NCBI GenBank assembly: GCA_002189035.1
Contig: CM007990.1
Location: 5,146,001 to 5,210,000 of the forward strand
Source of the DNA: Utricularia gibba
Taxonomy: Eukaryota; Plantae; Magnoliophyta
Length of the DNA stretch: 64,000 nucleotides
Direction: 5' to 3'
The notes beneath the pieces were generated by a model. It worked only from the letters and a program-made list of their open reading frames with translations, was not told where the DNA came from and did not search any database. Positions 53,727 through 64,000 of this stretch are shown here, piece after piece. The position numbers were made by a program, and so were the translations under genes. Position 1 is the first letter of the stretch; the number at the start of each line of letters is the position of its first letter.

Positions 53727-56661
53727 TACAGAGACAAGTTTAAAGAAAGTGGATTCCCCCAAAAAGTTTGAGACTGAAAAAAATATTTGCCTCTTTAAGA
53801 CCCCGGAATCCCATGCATGAGCAATAGAATAAATTTATTTCATATTCAACGACATGAGTGACTTTAAATTGGCATTATCATCCCATGTTACACGCAAAAC
53901 CCAAGAATTTAAGCAGAAACATATAGGGTAGGTGGCGGACAGCTCAGTGTTTCCCTCTAAGAAAACAGGCTACATAGGATGCACCGGGGCCTAGAGGTTA
54001 AAAGCCTCGAATTGAATGCATAATAGACAAGTGGTAAAAGGACAAAAGGCTAAAAAACAATATAGGGCTTGCACTACCGTTTTACTTTTACTTTTTGGAT
54101 TTAACTCTTCAAGTTAAGTCCTCAGCAGGGATACATCTCATCAAAGTGTCATTGAATTAAGAAAATAGTCTTTTACATCAGAAGTAAAAATAATAGTAAG
54201 GGCACAGGTTCAATTTGTCTGACATCTCATGTGGGTTTCAGCCTACCCCATTTCGGCCCAGACAGAGTTCAATCACCACATTATTTGCATAGAATACAAG
54301 CGGGAGAGAGTTGCTAAAACTTAGTTTATCTTTCTTTAGTTAAGGGAAAACCCCACAAACAAATGAGAATAGTTTGCCAAAAAAAAAAAAAAAAACTGAC
54401 AACAGAACCCCCTCAACCTAAACCTAAACCGAACAACATGAAGTCAGTTCTTGCTGCATTTATATGTATAGCCTCCTCACATTACCCGTCATCAGGCAGC
54501 CTGCTGCCATTTTCATACCTCTCTCCCATCTCTCCACCTACAGCTTGTGAACATTCTGGGCAAAAGTTCTCTTCTGTTGATTGTTCCCTCCGTGTTTCTC
54601 TGCAACAAACAATAACTGCCCATAACATGTTTGCTGAGCAACCATTAAAGCATCAACTAACAGAGATCCACCGTTCTCATGACCAGCCGATACTATTGAT
54701 GGGAGCCATATTTTTACCATGACGACAGACCATTTAGTCCAATAATAAATTCCACATCTTTAACGCTGTCCCATCCACGAAGCAGATGGATCATTCAAGC
54801 GTAGGGCATTCTTTAATGAATTCAAACGTCGGTCTCATATTGCATGTTTTCTTTTTACCGCATTCAAAAAAATATAACCCGGAAAAGAATTAAAATAAAA
54901 CTCTTGAAAATAGTTTCAGAAACACATGCCAAACAAAAGGGCATACTAGGAAAAAGGAACCTTGTTTAATGTTAAGGCTATTAACAACAAATATTATAGT
55001 ATAGCAACAGTCAATCAGGCACTTTGGGACTTTCGACAAACACCTAGTCTACAACATTATAAAACTGTAGACCACAACCAACCTTGCCTAATTCTATCAA
55101 TAAAATACTAGTGTCAGCTACTCCACACTCAAGAATGAGAATAATGTCAAAACAACTTAAAATCAAACAAACAATCCACTCGTACTCACCAATGAAGAGA
55201 ACTACTTCAATTCACGGCTAATCTACCTGATGAGAACTTAGACAAAAGCCACGTGCTACAAAAAACGAAAAAGGTGTTCTGGTTTCCGGTTGGTCAGCTG
55301 TTTGAGGCCTCAATAAATGCGCGTAAATGAACTTCTTTCCAGTTTTCCATCCGCCTGATTGGAACATCAATAATGCAGAACATAAATTCCACTCATAGTG
55401 TTAAATCCTATGTCAAATTAATGGATCATAACACCGTGAAGAACACAACCGCCACAAGCTTTTTCACCATCACCCTTCTCCCCCCATCGAATCGGAAAAT
55501 ATTCCGACTTGTGGAAAATATGCTTGAATTGCATGATATATGGGCAATAAAGACGTACATGGGATGCCAATAAGCAGTCACATGCAGCGGAACTGAGAAG
55601 AACAACTCAACCGATGACAACGACGCGACACCTATGGCTGCAATCATGGACCCGACTACTGGCTCTGCCTCCAGCACGTCACACCCTCGCTCCACCTCTT
55701 CAATTCTCTCGTAAAAAGCATTTACATTTGTCAATAATTTGTAGGGTGACCCCCGCTAGGCGACACTTATCAAAGGCATGATCTTATGCTGAGTAGCCTG
55801 CCGTGTTTTAAGAGACCGGTAAACCATTGTCTCGCCCCAGCCTTTGGACGCCATAATGGGTTCTGGAATCAGTCCAATCCCATTCAAAAACACAACACCC
55901 ATGTTCCATTTTTCAATATGGACAAGTAGAATGACTCAAAATTTGAATTTTGAACCAGAGGCCTTGGTGTCCGATCTCCGGTGGAGTTAACCAACTCCCT
56001 TCCGGACGCTGATGGTCAAGTGCTGGACTAACCCCGCGTTGGTTGGCTCTAAAATAAATCTTAATCATGCAATAAAATACTCGTCCGGTAAACCAGTTTT
56101 CAATTGGATGACCAACAGGAGCAGAAGATGACGAGGGGGGAGCAGAGAGACTGAACCCCACAAGGGCAACGGACTCGGGTGAATCGTGACGCATACCACC
56201 ACCACCTAAAGGCTAAGATTAAATCGTGTCTGGAAGTACACGATGATCCGACAGGATCCTAAATGGCCTTTTCACAGTGCAAAACTGTACGAATGCTAAC
56301 CAACAATTAATAGGACCGAATTACAATAAGACAAGAACACAACTCAGGAGCAAATTATTGGCTGCCGCTTTTGGGGATAAAAAGAGAGACATCTCAATGC
56401 TAGACCTCGGCCGGGAACGGGAACGAGTCGTACGGCAAGAGCGATCGCCATCTGAAATAGTATATCTGTCTGGAAAATGCAACGAATGCAGATTCTGCTG
56501 GAAAATGCAACGAACGTTCAAACCCTATAAACATTCGGGCTGTGGCCCGTTTCGTGACCCGGGAAGATCGGCCCAATATTATTATGGGCTGTGGAGCTCG
56601 TCGGTTCAATTTGGGCCTAATGGGCTAATACCCGTGAAGCAACATCTATTGATCTGTTTAG

Positions 56662-58212
56662 TTACTGAAAAATGAAGATCAAGCTATATATCAACAGCAG
56701 CCCCGACAAGGCTGCTCGTCCGGCGGTCAAGTCTCCGGCGAATGACGTCGCCGGAATTCTGGGCGCCGCCTCATGTCTCCCGTTGTCAATCATGACGGGG
56801 TACCTACAGGAACCGTATCGGGCACTTGGATCGATCCTGGTAAGCGCCGCCAGATTCCCGAACTGTTCACACGAGCCCGCCCGCTGGTTCATCGTCTGGT
56901 AATACATGTTAAAGGCGTACGACGCGTTGCCGCGGGTATCCATTCCGGCGCATGAAGACCCAAATCCGAGACTCGTGCAATCGGCATAGGTACAAGCGAA
57001 GTTGATCCTTTCCGGGAGATTGGGATCCGAGACGTCGGCGTTTGAGGCCATCACACACCATTGTCGATCAAGGTAACGGACTCCCCTAGCCGCCGTGAGA
57101 TTCCGGCCTGATCCCAGATTCAGTGGGTACTTGATCGTTCCGTCATAGGCGAAAACCCCCCAGTGTCGTTCAAAGTTTCCCGGTTGAAGATTCTTGGCGT
57201 CTTCATCGATCAGGGAAAACAGGTATATATCAGGGGGATTTGGGCGTCTAGGTGTACCGATTCTTTGATTTATCCGGTTGATCAAACCTTGATTAAACCG
57301 CCGCGCTAGCTCCGGATTAGCGTTGGAAACGCCGTCCGTTGGCCAGCCCACTTCACCGATAATGATGGGTATCGCCGAAAAACCGTTCTTCTCCAGAGCG
57401 GAGATGAGGGTATCGTAATTCGCATCAAAGACATTGGTGTAGGTGATGGATCCGTCGACTACCGGGGAAGCGTTGCCGTCGAAGAATGCGAAATCGAGCG
57501 GGAAATGGGGGTCAGCATTCATGCTCAGAAATGGGTAGATGTTGATTGTGAGAGGGGCGCCATTGTTGTCCAGAAACCTGATCAACGAAACCACGGTATC
57601 CTGTATGTCCGGCCGGAAAATCCCCCCCGACGGGACTCCGTTTTCCGATAGGTAAACGTCGGCGTTTAGCGGAACCGTCGCTTTGACGTCGCGTCCCAGA
57701 CCTGCTCTTATCAACGCCGCCTGAATATTCTGCAGAGCCGGCAAAGTCACCGCCGTGAATCTGTTGTTGTACGTCGCCAGAAACGGCTCATTTCCGACAG
57801 CAACATACCTGAAACAAGCAGTTGGATAAATAACGAATCATATCGACGCCGACGTTCGAAAACGATGAAAGGACCTTATGTCGACGCCCTGGTTCGACAA
57901 ATAATACGACACATTGCGCGAAACCCATTCCTCCGCGGCGGCGAGGCTGCTGGCCATGGTGGCCAACATGTCGTTCGGAATGCCGACCATCACTTGGATG
58001 CCGGACCTCCCCAGACTGCGCATCACCCTCGGATCAGCCTCAAACAGTTTCACTCTGTTGAATCCATTGTCTTGCATCAGTTTCACAACTGTGTTAGGAG
58101 ACAAAGGGTGCGTGGACAGAATTCCCCAGTTGCAGCTGAGTCCGGTAACGAGCATGGCGCCGGCGAGCAAAACGGAGGACAGGAAGATGACCACCACCAC
58201 ATGATAATCCAT
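56662..58212 (-). CDS. Glucan endo-1,3-beta-glucosidase (GH17 + X8/CBM43, likely GPI-anchored)
   Basis: Signal peptide, CNWG...VKLF...YVAVGNEPFL...IIIGEVGWPTDG...YLFSLIDED...FERHWG, X8 domain WCVM...ACTYADCTSLG...NASYAFNMYYQ...C, hydrophobic C-terminus; single 66-bp intron at 57809-57874. Confidence 0.95.
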
Positions 58213-58496
58213 TCGTGGGGAAATGTCAGCAGATTCTTAGCTACCTTCGTGATATAAACATGGAAGATCATCTAAATTTCTTTTCTGGTACTTTGGAAAC
58301 AAGAAAGATTGTCTTTTATGGATCTAAAAGGAAGGAATGAAACTGCAGAAGGAATTCAACAAGGAACATGATTCCCATGTAGCCACAGGCTGTACGTTTG
58401 GAACATCTGTGCTCACAATTCAGCTCTGAATAAAGAAGATCCAAGCTACAAGCAATGATTAAGAATGAGAGAAGCTACACTACACAAGACTCACAA

Positions 58497-58991
58497 CTAT
58501 AGAAGCAGATCATCTCCGAAGAGGTAAAGCATCTGCTCCACCACCCAGCTTGGATTCTCCGGCGGAGGGGGCATCGTGGGAAGAAGACTGGCCCGACAAA
58601 GTGGACAAGACAATCGATTGTCGTACGCCACCCATTTCTCTAAGCAGTGCTTGTGGAAAACATGGCTGCAGTTTATCAGCTCCCAGACTTGGCAGCTTGG
58701 CTTCAGTTTATCAAGGCAAACAGCACATGATGAATCCGTATTCTGCATCTGGGAAAACTTGATGTTTCCTAGTGTTGTTGAAGTCATACTCTGTGTTACC
58801 AACTTGATGTTACTTGATGAACATGATGCAGGAGAGCAGCATGAAGAGGCAGAGGAGACATGTGAAGAAGAAGAGGCCCCCATGAAATGGTTGAAGAGGT
58901 CCAAAGCAAGAGACAAGAAGCATCGTATGGCAACAAGCACGAGAGCTGCTTCACACCCCAAAAATTGATCATAAACCGCCATGATCGGCAT
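58497..58991 (-). CDS. RING-H2 E3 ubiquitin ligase, RHA1-like, intronless
   Basis: CAVCLDKL...ELINCSHVFHKHCLEKW...CPLCR and the C-terminal PSWVVEQMLYLFGDDLL typical of RHA1-type proteins. First ATG is at 58991; the frame is open slightly further upstream. Confidence 0.87.
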   Translation of the reverse strand: MPIMAVYDQFLGCEAALVLVAIRCFLSLALDLFNHFMGASSSSHVSSASSCCSPASCSSSNIKLVTQSMTSTTLGNIKFSQMQNTDSSCAVCLDKLKPSCQVWELINCSHVFHKHCLEKWVAYDNRLSCPLCRASLLPTMPPPPENPSWVVEQMLYLFGDDLLL

Positions 58992-59103
58992 CTGAAGGGA
59001 GTCACTGATCAACCAAGAAAGCAGAGAAGTGAGACCAAAGAAGCGGATAGAAGTGAATGAAATGAAGGATAAGGTTCATTTGGAAGTAAAAGACAGTTAT
59101 ATA

Positions 59104-59383
59104 CATAAGAAAAGCAAGTCTGGTGCAGTGCAAGCTTAGCACAGAGATGACCTAACCAAACCTTTTGCCTCCTCATCAACACCACACTGGAAATTACAAC
59201 TAAAGGCCAAAATTTGCAACCAATATCTTACAATTCAAAAAGTGTGCATAAAAAAGCAGGGCGCAGTGCAAGCTTAGCACAGAGATGACCTAACCAAATA
59301 CCCCTTTTGCCTCCTCATCAACACCACACTGGAAATTACGACCAAAGACCAAATTTTGCAACCAATATCTTGCAATTCAAAAG
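59104..59383. repeat. Tandem duplication, about 138-bp period, 2 copies, upstream of the RING-H2 gene
   Basis: gcagtgcaagcttagcacagagatgacctaaccaaa...ttttgcctcctcatcaacaccacactggaaattac...gcaaccaatatctt.caattcaaaa at 59125 and 59263. Confidence 0.9.
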
Positions 59384-60042
59384 TACCCAACGACATTCAA
59401 AGCATCACAGGCTAAAGTATGCAATCTTTATCACGCCCACCTGTTCCACAGTTGTAGCTCTTCCTTATCCACCTTCAAAAAAGAAAAGCATCTAAAACCA
59501 TGAAAAATCAATCACTGGTAACGCAATTTGACCATTCCAATTGGCAAAGACCTATTTGTTCAACAGGAAAAGTGGAGCCATATTCAATATTCTCATCCCA
59601 CTGAACCGTCGTCGATTGAGACCAAGTCCCTGTCACTTTATCCAGTGAACGATCGCATAGCTTCCAAATCCATTAATCAAATAACTAACGCAAGAATCAG
59701 CACACCAACTCAGACAAGGAACAACGATCAATCGCCAGCCGCCAAAATTACATGAAAAACGAAAGCACCACGAGGCGACGAAAAGGGACCCCCGAACAGT
59801 ACGGGGTCCATCGTCGTCTTCCATTACGGCACGGTATGCCCACTAGCAGGAAAATTTAAACACGTGTTCGAAATCTATTTTCATATATAACATTAAACTT
59901 GTATTTATGATTTAATATTTAGTCCGTACAATCAATCAACCAAAACCTTCTTCACACCCATTTTCGCTTAAATAGAAGTCTGCAGTTTTAGAGCAGATCT
60001 GGGAATCCTGTCCTGCACTGAGTTTGTACAAACCATGGTAAC

Positions 60043-63000
60043 TCACAGTCTATCGATCTTGGTCTGTAACTTGATGCCGCAGGCCTCCAAAATCTCCAAC
60101 GCTGCAAGAGCATGATACTGATCAGAAGCCATGAGCTTGAAAAGAACCAAGTTGAAGAGTGCAGACCAAAGCAATTACATACCAGGCTCGTAAATTTCAG
60201 GGAGTATAGGCCTCAACACGCCCTTTGCTTCCACGTTTCCCCACAATAGGAGCTTCAAACATTTGCCACCATTGATCAAAAATGGAGAATGTAAGGTAAA
60301 GAGTGCAGAGGAAAGCAATTACCAGTGCTCCAATGGCCACAGGGATGCCAACTGTTAGAGCCATGGCTGTGCATTTTCTTGGATGATCTGTCTTCCCGAA
60401 CTCCAGAAGAGTCGCTCGGTGGTTTTCTACATGCCCATCATTTGGGAACTCGGATTCAACTTCGTGGAGTAAGAGCACCATATCCTTGATCACATATGCG
60501 GTTATCATTATCAAGCTACTGTCAAACAACAGGCAATCAGGGAAGGAGTATGCTTTGTTTACCTTCTCTTTGTCCGTGTACGCCATGCGTTCTTCGAAGC
60601 GTAGGCAAGAAACATCAAAAGCACATCGGCAAGATGATGGTATTTCAGTCTTGTCCAGGAAGCCTAGAAATCTAGAACAAGTGCAGGCTCAAATAGATTA
60701 AAGAAGGATCACAGAACTGATGCATGTACCTTCCATGAAGTGATGAAGAGCTTACATTATAGTTTTGGCAGCGTTCGCTGCCACTTCACTCTCTTTGCAC
60801 AACCCAAGGGAAATTAATTTTTCATAAATCCATTTCTCACTCACTACAGATTCGTCCAAGTTCTCCACCTGGGATTCAAGAAGCGATAGAAGAAACGCTC
60901 TGTAAGTTGGCCTTTCCTTCTTTTCCATCAGTGAAGTTGCTTCGGAGTTAAAGAAACCGATTTTCGCAAGTGTTGCCATTATTTTTCCAAAACCTGCATT
61001 ATATATGGACGTTGTGCCGATGTGATCATGATTTGCACAACACCAACTTGCATAGACCGAACTACATATGAAAACAAACCTTCATATCTGAGTGTTCCAC
61101 GAAAGATTGTTGATGCTTCATTCTGTATTCCGTAAAGATCTCCATAAACCAAGGAATTCCGGTTTGGAAGACATTCCAATGCAAAAGCTGGATAATCTGG
61201 TATTCGAAGCCTTGAAGCGGAATCATATAAGTTCTTCCCTGTATTCAGATACCAATAAAACCAGGATGTATGAAGTAACATACAGTTGATCTAAGAAGGA
61301 TGCGGTTGATTATGCCAGTAAAAACACACCATCAACATGCACGATGTCTCCACCATAGCGGTATGTTGCAGGATTTTGCCCAGCTCTAATAGCACCCATG
61401 GGACTCCAACTGAAAATTATAGCAAATATATGAATCATCTGAACCTTAAAATTTTTTCCTTAGTTTCCACAATAACTCTAGATGATAGATGATAGTGCAC
61501 CTAAACTTGTAAGCGAGAGGATTGTTTGCAGCATCTGGGGAGGGAAGTCCACCACAATAAGAAATGAAAGACTTAATCCTTCCTCCCTGCGCTTTTGTTT
61601 CATTTATCATCTTCATTGCCAGCATATGATCTGTAAAAAACCCACTCCATTTTACCTTCTGAAACTGGAGTTGAGAAAAATGTTGGTGATGAAAAACTAC
61701 CTATCCCCGGATCCAATCCCATTTCACATAGGATGGAAATACCAGCTATTTTTGCTGGTTCATCCAACTTGGACATGGATTCATCCACATAGCTTGCAGT
61801 AGCAAGATGTTTTTTGAACTGCATTGGGAACACAAACAGACTGATGTAATCAGTCCCTTGCCTTCAGCGAATTACAAAAAGATAAGAATCTGTCACCTGG
61901 ATACATGCGTTCGCTATAATAACATGGCAACTAGGAGGTATTAAGCTGATAACCACATCAACCTGTAGAAACAGAAGGAACCTTTGTTTACAATTTATTT
62001 CCTTTTCGGAAGATTTTTCACTTAGTGTTTCTGAAATAGAGTAAGAAAAAAAACACAAAACTATTGGAACTTTCCATGAATTCCATGATCTAAACATGCA
62101 AAGGATAGGCACATCAGCTGCAATAATTGTATGGTAAGATTACCTGTGAAATGCAGTCATACAGTTTTTCCTTGTTCATGACATCAAGTTGAACAGCAGA
62201 GCAATTTGGAAGACCCTCAATAACCTGCAAAAAAATTTAAACTTATTTCGATGCCTTGAAAACAGAAAATGCTAGCATTCTATGCTGACCAGACCTCCTC
62301 GGCATCTTTCAGAAAAAGTGAACCAACAATGATATGTACAGAAGTTCTCTCTTTGCTCTCCTTGTCCAAGTACGAGTTCAGCCATTGTTTTGATGGATGC
62401 CCAACAGATGTTAGAAATTCTACAGCTGGTCGACACACATGACCAGCGCCTATAATCAGCACAGTTGATTCACAGACGATATCATTGTCCTTCTCAATGG
62501 GCTTCTCAACTTTGAGAGACATCATGTTGTCGGTGCTCCTAATACTGGCATCACTGGCATTAGCCAGTGAACTCAAAGAATCTATAATTTCATCGAGAGT
62601 GCTTTTGTCACGTGCACTAATCTGCATGAAAAATAAAATGCCATTTATATCAATCTATAATCTATATTGTAAACAAGCCATCATTGCTATGCCATTTGAT
62701 ACGGTCACATTATTTTGGTATCCAGTTTTACACATTATACATAGCTCATTTCTTGTCAAAAGAAAAGGAAATATCTTTTCCACCAGGGCATTCATAGCAT
62801 CTCATTGAATCTTACCTCAAGTTCTGAGTAAGTGGGAGCATCTGAGCTCTGGCCAACATGACATTTCACAAAATGAAAGGAGCCACCAGCTCCTTCAATG
62901 ATATCCAGGGCCTCATTTATTAAGAACTTATCAAATAAATGGCCTGTTAAGGAGACCTAGAAAGAATACCACAGTTAACTACTCCCTCAAATTTCGATTA

Positions 63001-64000
63001 GATGATAATTAATTTGATAACCATAAAAACCTTTATGTCAACTAAGAAAGTAAACAAAAACCTTCTATTTGATCAAGTAAGGGTGACAATACATGTAAGT
63101 AGGGTAAGGTGAAATTCCAGATGATTAGAGCAAAAGTAATTTCTTAGAATTAAAAAATAGGATTCAAAAAAAAAAAGGAATTGCTATTTGTATATGACCG
63201 TGGGCTGCCCGGGATTCGAACCCGGAACGATTCGGATGGAGTAGATAATTTCTTTTTTAAGTTAGTTAAATAAAGAAAGACCGCTCCCCAAGCCGTGCTT
63301 GCATTTTTCATTGCACACGGCTTTTAGAAAACAATATGGGAAACAGCTAATACCAGTGTCGTGTACTTCACTTCTGCAGCCGTTGCATCTTGTGGAGTTT
63401 CTGATAAGTCGCTGCAAGGAAGAAATACAATTATGCTGTCACCAAGAACTCTGCTCATTTTGGCACAAGAGTTTGACGTGCAGATTAAACCAGAAATCTC
63501 ACGGAGATTAATAAATAACACTAAAAAAGAAAAAAAAAAAGAAACACTACTTACCCAGTATCTAAGTTTCTCATTCTAGAAATATATTGATATAAGGATG
63601 TGACAGCTCCAGAGTGAACTATGCACGATTTTTTTAAATGCTGTGGTAATGTATCAAGACATTTTGAAGATGCTAAGCTTCCAGTAAACTGAGATAGAAT
63701 GTCGCTGAAGTGTTGGGAAGCCTGCAATTAATAAAATCATGTCAATGTCGTATACATGAAGAAGGAAAAATTTTAAATGCAGAGGGCCGAAGAAAATTAC
63801 AGAATGAGGCTTCTCACCTCCCTAGCAAACTCAGTAGGCAGAATGTCAACAGCAAGGAAGATTATGCCATTGCCCTCCATGTTATGATGATATGATTCGT
63901 CAAAAGGATCGTATCTGCTTTTGATATCAGTTGCATTAATAAAAGCAGGATGCAGTAGAATAGCTCACGAAAGAAAGAAAAAAAAAAGGAAACTAAAGAA
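60043..64000 (-). CDS. LKR/SDH: Bifunctional lysine-ketoglutarate reductase/saccharopine dehydrogenase (alpha-aminoadipic semialdehyde synthase), 3' part
   Basis: [17 protein letters not shown] (end of LKR), [24 protein letters not shown] (linker), [11 protein letters not shown] (SDH Rossmann), [36 protein letters not shown]; ends [13 protein letters not shown] (TGA 60045-60043). Confidence 0.95.
63185..63326 (-). other. trnK: Nuclear plastid DNA (NUPT): 3' end of the trnK-UUU group II intron plus the trnK 3' exon, inside an LKR/SDH intron
   Basis: Minus strand AAGCCGTGTGCAATGAAAAATGCAAGCACGGCTTGGGGAG (domain V) ...AATTATCTACTCCAT followed by the 35-nt CCGAATCGTTCCGGGTTCGAATCCCGGGCAGCCCA (63235-63201), matching the angiosperm plastid trnK 3' exon as I recall it. 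Confidence 0.88.

Noticed and set aside
63201-63235. Functional tRNA gene in the LKR/SDH intron
   Set aside because: Only the 3' exon of plastid trnK is present; no 5' half, D-arm or A-box.

Overview
Gene-dense plant (eudicot-like) nuclear DNA with short spliceosomal introns. It carries 18 recognisable protein-coding loci (two cut by the window edges), one structurally damaged tRNA-Glu(CTC), a small plastid insertion and a few TE-like or tandem repeats. Gene order: ARG1-type DnaJ (-, partial), tRNA-Glu, four head-to-tail squalene synthase (SQS) copies (-), MEI2-RRM-only protein (-), IQD (+), MCM4 (+), tail-anchored RBR E3 (-), GH35 beta-galactosidase (-), PECT (+), HEN2 helicase (-), USP-kinase (-), Raf-like kinase (-), SPL (-), GH17-X8 glucanase (-), RING-H2 (-), LKR/SDH (-, partial). 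The main signal is the SQS array at 2.4-16.3 kb. Its catalytic core comes in two alternating types. Copies D and B are near-canonical. Copies A and C keep the DxxED motifs and the catalytic Tyr but have rebuilt the prenyl pocket and the second-half-reaction residues (human numbering F54, M150, C172, A176, G180, T214, F288). This resembles the squalene-synthase-like (SSL) enzymes of Botryococcus and suggests a neofunctionalised enzyme or enzyme pair; decay of redundant copies remains the alternative. Copy A is intact. Copy C is 3'-truncated by a deletion with a templated filler insertion. All exon coordinates and translations were read by hand, human FDFT1 numbering is from memory, and no alignments or searches were run.
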